DNA from: an uncultured Solirubrobacteraceae bacterium
GTDB lineage: Bacteria; Actinomycetota; Thermoleophilia; Solirubrobacterales; Solirubrobacteraceae
Direction: 5' to 3'
Assembly (NCBI GenBank): GCA_964588985.1
Contig: CAZPQW010000019.1
Location: 4,632-68,631, forward strand
DNA length: 64,000 nucleotides
In this document: positions 59,779 through 64,000 of the stretch, piece by piece
How positions within the stretch are numbered: the stretch's first letter is position 1
Layout: each line of letters opens with the position of its first letter
The notes under the pieces: model-generated
Seen by the model: the letters and a program-made list of their open reading frames with translations, nothing else
Told to the model about the DNA's origin: nothing
Databases searched by the model: none
Translations under genes and position numbers: made by a program

Positions 59779-62136
59779 GTGCGGATCGCGCTGCTGTCGC
59801 CGTACTCGTGGACCTACCCAGGTGGGGTGACGCGCCACATCGAGGCCCTGTCCAGCGAGCTGGCCGCCGCCGGCCACGAGCCGCGGATCATCGCCCCGTT
59901 CGATCCCGACGACGCGCTCTCGCGCCGGCTGCACAGGGGAGCGGTCCCGCAGCGGCGCACCGTGGGGGAGGAGTTCGTCTCGCTCGGCCGCACCGTCGGG
60001 CTGCCGGCCAACGGCGCGGTGTCCAACATGGCGCTCACCCCGCACGCGGTGTTCGCGCTGCGTCGCGAGCTTCGCCAAGGGCGCTACGACGTGGTGCACA
60101 TCCACGAGCCGGTCGTGCCGGTCGTGGGCTGGGACGCGCTCTTCAGCGCCGGGGAGCTGCCGCTGGTGGGCACCTTCCACACCTACTCCGAGAACCTGCT
60201 CACCAACGGCATCGCCGCGATCCCGCTCGGCGGGCGGCGCCGGATGAACCGCCTGCACGTGCGCATCGCGGTGTCCGAGGCGGCCGCGTGGACCGCGCGG
60301 CGCTTCTACGGCGGGCGCTACCGCGTCGTCCCCAACGGCGTCCACCTCCAGGACGCGGCTCACGCGGCGCCCTCCGATTCCACGGCTCCGCTGCGCATCC
60401 TGTTCATCGGCCAGGCGGTCGAGCGCAAGGGCCTGCCGGTGCTGCTGCGCGCGTTCGAGGCGCTGCGCGACCAGATCCCGGCCACGCTCACACTCGCCGG
60501 CGCCGCCCCCGAGGAGGTCGCGCACATGATGCTCGACGACCGCGGCGTGGAGGCGCTCGGCAAGGTCTCCGAGCAGCGCAAGCAGGCCGAGCTGGCCCGC
60601 GCGGACGTGGTGTGCGCGCCGTCGCTGGGAGGAGAGAGCTTCGGCATGGTGCTGACTGAGGCGTTCGCCGCGGCTACGCCGGTCATCGCTTCGGACATCC
60701 CCGGCTACCGCGACGTGGTGCGCGACGAGCTCGACGGCCTGCTCGTGCCGGCGGGCGACGCGCTCGCGCTGGCCGAGTCCCTGCGCCGCCTCGCATTGGA
60801 CGAGCCGCTGCGCGCGCGGATGGCCGCCTCCGCGCGCGAGCGCGCGGAGCGCTTCGCGTGGCCGAGCGTCGCCGCGGAGGTGATCGACTGCTACGAGCGC
60901 GCGCGGGCGGTGGGGTCGCCGGTGAGCACCCTGGGTCGCGTGGCGGTTCGCCACGGCCTCGCGCCGGCGGACCTGCTGCCGAGAATCCCCGCCGAACGCC
61001 TCCCGAGCCTGCAGACCCAGCCGCCCGCGAGCGAGGAGACGGCGAGCGGGCGTACGCCGCGCGTGCTGCGACGGGGAGGGCTGCTCGTCTCGTGCATCCT
61101 CGGTCTCGTGCTCGCGCAGGTGGCGCTCGCGCACATCGGCGTCGATCGCGTGGTCGGCAGCCTGCTGGCCTCCAAGCCCGGCCTCGTGGCCGCCGGCCTG
61201 GGGTTGATGTGCGCGTCGATGTTCGCCCGCGCGTTTGCGTGGCACGCGATCCTCGCGTGCGCACCGACGTGGCGTCGCGCCAAACGCAGGGACGCGATGC
61301 AGGGCACGTTCATCGGCGTGCTGATGTCCGCGACGCTTCCCGCGCGCCTCGGCGAGCCATCGCGCGCGCTGATCGTCGCCCGCCGCCTCGGGCGCGCCCG
61401 CGAGACGCTGCCGGTGGTGCTCGGCACGATGGTCTCCCAGACGCTGCTGAACCTGCTCGCGCTGACGCTGCTCGGGATCGGCATGTTCTCCAGCGTCGAC
61501 CTGCTGAACGGCCATCACGGCGCGCTGATCGCGGCGGCCTTCACGCCGCTCGGGGTCGTGGCGGCGGTGCTGCTCGCGCCCGTGCTGATTCCACGCGCCG
61601 CCGGATCCCGCTCGGCGCGCCTGCAGGCGCTGACGGCCGGCCTGCGTCGTTCGCTCTCGCGCGTGCGCGACGGCCTGCGCGTCTTCAGGCATCCGCGCCA
61701 GGCGGCGCTCGCCACCGCGGCGCAGTTGGGGGCGTGGGCCCTGCAGTGGTTGAGCTGCTGGCTGTTGCTGATGGCGTTGGGGCTCGACGATCGTGTCGGG
61801 CTCGGCGGCGCGGCGGCGGTCCTGTTCGCGGTCAACGTCACCGCGGTGCTGCCCGCCACGCCCGCCAACGTGGGCGTCTTCCAGGCCGCGTGCGTCGCGG
61901 TCCTGGCGGGCGCCTACCACGTCTCCACCCCCGACGCGCTCGCCTACGGGATCGTCCTGCAGGTGGTCGAGGTACTGACCGCGCTGATGATGGGCCTGCC
62001 GGCGCTCGTCAACGAGGGTCTCTCGTGGCGCGACGTGCGGTTGCGCACGATGCACGCCGCGCCGGTGACGCTCGGCCCGCTGCCCGTAGGAGTCTCCTTG
62101 GGTGGGCGGGCTGTCGCTTCCGCCGCGGAACGCTAG
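59779..62136 (+). CDS. GT4 glycosyltransferase fused to a lysyl-PG-synthase-TM/UPF0104 flippase-like membrane domain
   Basis: N-terminal IALLSPYSWTYPGGV.RH and the EX7E region ESFGMVLTEAFAA. The C-terminal roughly 330 aa is polytopic. GTG 59779 is chosen to avoid overlap with hemQ. Confidence 0.8.
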   Translation: MRIALLSPYSWTYPGGVTRHIEALSSELAAAGHEPRIIAPFDPDDALSRRLHRGAVPQRRTVGEEFVSLGRTVGLPANGAVSNMALTPHAVFALRRELRQGRYDVVHIHEPVVPVVGWDALFSAGELPLVGTFHTYSENLLTNGIAAIPLGGRRRMNRLHVRIAVSEAAAWTARRFYGGRYRVVPNGVHLQDAAHAAPSDSTAPLRILFIGQAVERKGLPVLLRAFEALRDQIPATLTLAGAAPEEVAHMMLDDRGVEALGKVSEQRKQAELARADVVCAPSLGGESFGMVLTEAFAAATPVIASDIPGYRDVVRDELDGLLVPAGDALALAESLRRLALDEPLRARMAASARERAERFAWPSVAAEVIDCYERARAVGSPVSTLGRVAVRHGLAPADLLPRIPAERLPSLQTQPPASEETASGRTPRVLRRGGLLVSCILGLVLAQVALAHIGVDRVVGSLLASKPGLVAAGLGLMCASMFARAFAWHAILACAPTWRRAKRRDAMQGTFIGVLMSATLPARLGEPSRALIVARRLGRARETLPVVLGTMVSQTLLNLLALTLLGIGMFSSVDLLNGHHGALIAAAFTPLGVVAAVLLAPVLIPRAAGSRSARLQALTAGLRRSLSRVRDGLRVFRHPRQAALATAAQLGAWALQWLSCWLLLMALGLDDRVGLGGAAAVLFAVNVTAVLPATPANVGVFQAACVAVLAGAYHVSTPDALAYGIVLQVVEVLTALMMGLPALVNEGLSWRDVRLRTMHAAPVTLGPLPVGVSLGGRAVASAAER

Positions 62137-62144
62137 AGGCCCAG

Positions 62145-62447
62145 ATGGCCGACGCGTGGGTCTACATGCTGCGCTGCCACGACGGCTCGCTCTACACCGG
62201 CTGGAGCACCGACGTGCAGCGGCGCCTCGCGCGCCACCAGGCGGGTAAGGCCAGCAGATACACGGCCAGCCGCCGCCCGCTCGAGCTGGCGCTCGCCCTG
62301 CCGATGGCGGATCGCGGCGCCGCTATGCGCGAGGAGGCACGCATCAAGGCGCTCGACCGGCCCGCCAAGCTCGCGCTGATCGCCGCCCACCGACTGCCCG
62401 CCGGGGCCGCCGCCGGATGGGGTGGACAGGGAGCGGAGCCGGTTTAG
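62145..62447 (+). CDS. GIY-YIG nuclease family protein (UPF0213-like)
   Basis: VYMLRCHDGSLYTGWSTDVQRRLARH. Confidence 0.85.
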   Translation: MADAWVYMLRCHDGSLYTGWSTDVQRRLARHQAGKASRYTASRRPLELALALPMADRGAAMREEARIKALDRPAKLALIAAHRLPAGAAAGWGGQGAEPV

Positions 62448-62461
62448 GGCATGATGGGGGC

Positions 62462-63103
62462 ATGTCCAGCAGACCTCCCGCGCGCAGCGTCAAGATCTCA
62501 GAGGACGAGCGCACCGGCTGGTCATCCGATCGGCCCCGCCGCGACGGCGCTCCTCCGCGACCCGCGGATCTCACGGTTCACTGCCGGGTGCTCTCGCCCG
62601 CGGACCGTCTGCGCTACTCGCCCGGCAGCCTGCTGATCGTCGCCTCGGCTTCGGCGAAGGAGCGCGACGCGTTCCTCAACCGCCTGATCGAGGATCGCGC
62701 GTGCCTGCTCTCGGTCGGCAAGGTGCGCGCGCTGCTGGCCGGACGCGTGGCCGAGGAGGACGTCGACGCGCGCGCCGCCGAGCTCCTGACCGCCGCGGTC
62801 GCCAAGCGCCTGGAGAACAAGGAGACCGTGGTGCTCGCAGCCGACGGTTTGGAGGCGGACGAGCGCGAGCCGTTCGTGCGGATGGCCGCGGCGCTGAAAC
62901 GCCCGCGCCACCTGATCCTGCTCGAGATCGCGCGCGACCAGGTGCAGGAGGAGGACCTCGTCGCACTCAACGAGCTGCGCCGCGCCCTCGACGCCGGAGA
63001 GCTGGGCGCGGAGGGCTTCCAGACGGCGCTGCGCCTCGGCGGAGGCTCCTCCACAGAGGTCAAGCGGATCCTGTTCCGCCCACCGCCACGCGAAGACTCG
63101 TAG
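62462..63103 (+). CDS. Hypothetical protein (kinase/AAA_33-like fold without a P-loop?)
   Basis: ORF with coding-like composition. LLIVASASAKERDAF sits where a Walker A would be expected. No firm family. Confidence 0.45.
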   Translation: MSSRPPARSVKISEDERTGWSSDRPRRDGAPPRPADLTVHCRVLSPADRLRYSPGSLLIVASASAKERDAFLNRLIEDRACLLSVGKVRALLAGRVAEEDVDARAAELLTAAVAKRLENKETVVLAADGLEADEREPFVRMAAALKRPRHLILLEIARDQVQEEDLVALNELRRALDAGELGAEGFQTALRLGGGSSTEVKRILFRPPPREDS

Positions 63104-63388
63104 CTCTCAGCCGAGCAGTTCTCAGTCGAATTTTTCGCGGAGTTCCCTTGCAGGGTTCAGGTTATTCGTATATGCGGCCGATATGCGACCCGTGCGGAGC
63201 TACCTGGCCCCCGAAGAGAAGGACGCGCGCCCGCGGCGTGCCGGTGGATGGCGGCCGCTGGACGCTCGCTCGACGCTGATCGACACGCGCCTCGTGCGCG
63301 CGGAGATGGCGCGGCTGCGCGCTCCACGGCCCGCGACCGAAATCCACGCCGCGCGAATCGTCCGCTCGACGCTCACCGGTAGGTCGTG

Positions 63389-64000
63389 ATGCAGGCTCCT
63401 GTGGGGAGCGCGACCAAAGCCTCGAGTCGCTTCACGCTGCACTCGTGGTGGGTCTACCTCTGCGCGATGGCGCTGCTCACGGGCGGCTACGCCTTCGGCC
63501 AGATCTCCGGCCCCGCGTGGCTCAAGAGCGGGCTCGTGTTCAACCTGATCGGCGGTGCGACGATCGCCGCGCTGATCGTCGGCGGCAGGAAAAACTCGGG
63601 CAGGAGCTGCCTGCCGTGGTACCTGTTCGCGGTCGGGCAGGGGCTGTTCGTGACGAGCGACGTGCTCTCGTCGAACTACGAACGCCTCTTCGGGCACGCG
63701 ATGACGTTCCCGTCGATCGCCGACCCCTTCCACCTCGCGTTCTATCCGTTTCTCGTGGCGGGCATGCTGCTGCTGATCCACGAACGCGACGAGGGGCGCG
63801 ATCGCGACGGCCTGATCGACGCGCTGATCGTCACCGCGGCCCTGGCCACGCTGCTGTGGGTCTACCTGATCGCGCCGTACGCGGACAGCGAAACGAGCTC
63901 GCTGCTGAAAAGCCTGACCTCGATCGCGTATCCCGCGATGGACATCCTCGTGCTCGGCGTGGTCGCGCGTGTGGCCGCCGGCAGCCACCGTCGCGAGCCG
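63389..64000 (+). CDS. Polytopic membrane (sensor-type N-terminal) protein, 3' end outside window
   Basis: Not in the ORF track because it has no stop in the window. The frame is open from ATG 63389 to the edge and encodes at least five hydrophobic helices. The 262-aa minus-strand ORF 63200..63988 is its shadow. Confidence 0.6.
   Translation, partial: MQAPVGSATKASSRFTLHSWWVYLCAMALLTGGYAFGQISGPAWLKSGLVFNLIGGATIAALIVGGRKNSGRSCLPWYLFAVGQGLFVTSDVLSSNYERLFGHAMTFPSIADPFHLAFYPFLVAGMLLLIHERDEGRDRDGLIDALIVTAALATLLWVYLIAPYADSETSSLLKSLTSIAYPAMDILVLGVVARVAAGSHRREP

Noticed and set aside
59716-62447. 779-aa minus-strand ORF and 529-aa plus-strand ORF (60858..62447) over the GT4-flippase gene
   Set aside because: Both are alternative-frame or antisense ORFs with Arg/Gly/Ala/Pro-rich low-complexity sequence. 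Only the last 100 codons of the plus-strand ORF (the GIY-YIG gene, 62145..62447) look real.
63200-63988. 262-aa minus-strand ORF
   Set aside because: It is a shadow of the untracked plus-strand membrane-protein ORF that runs off the window end. The plus frame gives clean TM helices and the minus frame gives Arg/Asp/Gln-rich sequence.

Overview
This is a high-GC (about 70% by eye), densely coding segment that looks like an Actinomycetota-type chromosome. Many stop/start overlaps suggest translational coupling. No rRNA, intact tRNA, CRISPR array, IS element or integrase was recognised. Most of the window is core metabolism: aldehyde dehydrogenase, DEAD-box helicase, GH15 hydrolase, a biotin cluster (bioA, and bioB-bioF-bioD behind a BCCP-like gene), lipid and SDR genes, two acyl-CoA dehydrogenases, an acyl-CoA catabolic operon (crotonase, carboxyltransferase, BKACE, CoA-transferase, MerR), a nitrilase/TetR pair, DegV, a Grx-BolA-IscA trio, AlkA, HemQ and a GT4-flippase fusion. 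Two accessory regions stand out. (1) At about 19.0-30.2 kb there is a lower-GC defence-type island. It holds a class II Fic protein, then a tightly packed res-mod-(UvrD helicase fused to a Cas4-like 4Fe-4S nuclease) operon, then a separately promoted 4-TM protein. A degraded vapC lies at the left edge and a tRNA 3'-end-like fragment at the right edge. (2) At about 49.3-58.4 kb there is a four-gene secreted-protein cluster: two six-Cys paralogues plus two giant propeller/beta-sandwich proteins. The cluster has a strong GAA/AAA codon bias, and both giants end in the same conserved Lys-rich, two-Cys tail that I cannot assign to any known sorting or anchoring signal. Other sequence-level observations: a Tat-signal gene is split by a perfect 19-bp tandem duplication; rubredoxin lies in the same frame as bioA across a single TAG; a vapBC module sits between two ACAD genes; there are candidate TetR and MerR operators; and several genes have leaderless-type promoter geometry. 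All family calls rest on motifs read by eye, and no database search was run.
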